A stretch of DNA of 64,000 nucleotides from Bacilli bacterium (GTDB lineage Bacteria > Bacillota_I > Bacilli_A > RFN20 > CAG-826), in the NCBI GenBank assembly GCA_024408085.1, contig JAKSVH010000006.1, forward strand, positions 4,740-68,739, read 5' to 3'. The notes under the pieces were generated by a model. That model saw only the letters and a program-made list of their open reading frames with translations, was not told where the DNA came from and ran no database searches. How positions within the stretch are numbered: position 1 is the first letter of the stretch; the number at the start of each line of letters is the position of its first letter. Below are positions 63,049-64,000 of this stretch, in pieces. A program made the translations under genes and the position numbers.

Positions 63049-64000
63049 ATGGGTAAGAAATTAAGTTTCTTCGACAGATTCAAAGATTCACTTCTTGATA
63101 AAGATAAATACATTAGATTAGTTCGTTTAATTGCATATGTTGCACTTTTAGTTGTTGCACTTTTTATGACAGTTTTAAATGTCGTTCAATATGGAATTAC
63201 CGATCCTCTTACTTTAACAACTGGTATTTTCTCAATTGCCCTTATTCCAGATTTTTTACTTACATATTTCTCAAAAACAGGTAGAAAAATTGCAGCAGTA
63301 TTATTCTTCCTTGAATTTATTGCAATGTTTGCAATGTTCTTATACACAGGTAAGCCTGAGGGCTTCTCTGCTATTTGGATTGCTCTTGTTCCGATCGCTT
63401 GTATGATTTTCTATGGAAGAAAGATTGGCTCAATGGTTACTGGAGTAATGTTTATAATTCTTGCCTTAGCATTCTATACACCTCTTGGAAAAATGGCAGG
63501 AATGTATCCAGATTATACCCAAACATTTAAAGTTAGATTCCCAATCCTATATGTTGCTTTCTATTTAATTGCTTTGTTCCTTGAATCCATTCAACAATAT
63601 CAATTCCAAGCTCTTGAGGAAGTTAACGCTATTAATGAAGGTTACTCAACTCACGATGGATTAACTGGTTTATTTAACCGTAAGGGTTTCTATGATTTAC
63701 TTGAATCTGAATTAAAAACCAGAACCTATAGCAAAATCGGTTTTATTGTCTTTGATATTGACTTCTTTAAGAAATTAAACGATACGTATGGTCACTTAGC
63801 TGGTGACGAAGTTCTTATTGAACTTTCTCATATTATTAAAGAAAAGCTCGGAAATTCACTTGCCGCATGTCGATGGGGTGGTGAAGAGTTCCTTGTTTGT
63901 TACGTTGACGAACAAATTAAGAAAGCTGATCTAGAAGAATTTAGAATGGCTGTCCAAAACCATGAGTTCATTTTTAATGATAAAGTTATGAAAACAACAA
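63049..64000 (+). CDS. Membrane-bound diguanylate cyclase (GGDEF domain); 3-prime partial, absent from the ORF track because it runs off the window
   Basis: My own translation from ATG 63049 gives about 5 TM segments. These are followed by DGLTGLFNRKGF, FDIDFFKKLNDTYGHLAGDEVL and RWGGEEFLV. Confidence 0.85.
   Translation, partial: MGKKLSFFDRFKDSLLDKDKYIRLVRLIAYVALLVVALFMTVLNVVQYGITDPLTLTTGIFSIALIPDFLLTYFSKTGRKIAAVLFFLEFIAMFAMFLYTGKPEGFSAIWIALVPIACMIFYGRKIGSMVTGVMFIILALAFYTPLGKMAGMYPDYTQTFKVRFPILYVAFYLIALFLESIQQYQFQALEEVNAINEGYSTHDGLTGLFNRKGFYDLLESELKTRTYSKIGFIVFDIDFFKKLNDTYGHLAGDEVLIELSHIIKEKLGNSLAACRWGGEEFLVCYVDEQIKKADLEEFRMAVQNHEFIFNDKVMKTT

Noticed and set aside
62916-63113. The 65-aa minus-strand ORF in the AT-rich spacer.
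   Set aside because: It overlaps a terminator-like hairpin and the start of the well-supported GGDEF gene on the plus strand. It has no RBS and its sequence is low-complexity.

Overview
This is a 64-kb chromosomal window from a low-GC bacterium that uses the standard genetic code. TGA acts as a stop: several ORFs end at TGA inside ATGA overlaps, and the only tRNA-Trp seen has anticodon CCA. The gene content suggests an Acholeplasma-/Erysipelotrichia-like Bacillota/Mycoplasmatota organism, which is inference only. Supporting features are many lipobox lipoproteins, a 1097-aa fused ABC ATPase-permease, cdaA-glmM without cdaR, oversized PotA/PotD and a half-size ChrA pair. I support about 70 CDS, 10 tRNA genes (Gly-GCC, Glu-CTC, Asn-GTT, Glu-TTC, Trp-CCA, Arg-TCG, His-GTG, Cys-GCA, Arg-ACG, Pro-TGG), one inverted pseudo-tRNA-Pro fragment, one IS3-family transposase remnant, one trpB 3-prime remnant, two near-perfect coding tandem duplications and several intrinsic terminators. 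No CRISPR array, rRNA, intact IS or prophage was seen. Most of the window is housekeeping: pepF, cdaA, glmM, deoD, gltX, trk/ktr K+ uptake, potABCD, efp, pepT and NUDIX hydrolases. Five regions deserve a second look. (1) At 15.6-20.2 kb there is an AT-rich, translationally coupled eight-gene Tad/Flp-like (type IVc) pilus-like operon. It has a small sigma-region-4-like regulator, two unknown exported proteins and a non-canonical mini-pilin, with no prepilin peptidase in view. (2) At 56-63 kb there is a lipid-remodelling cluster (adenylation-carrier fusion, DAG-kinase-like, PTP-fold phosphatase, two PlsC-type acyltransferases, processive GT2) next to a membrane GGDEF cyclase. (3) There is an HTH-TrpB fusion, and a diverged trpB 3-prime remnant lies on the far side of a repeat-containing lipoprotein gene. 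(4) A tRNA-Trp-linked islet carries an IS3 remnant with an in-frame TGA and a PL8 polysaccharide lyase lipoprotein. (5) An inverted degenerate copy of the tRNA-Pro 3-prime half sits next to an orphan nuclease-like gene. All functional calls come from motif recognition by eye, and no database search was run.
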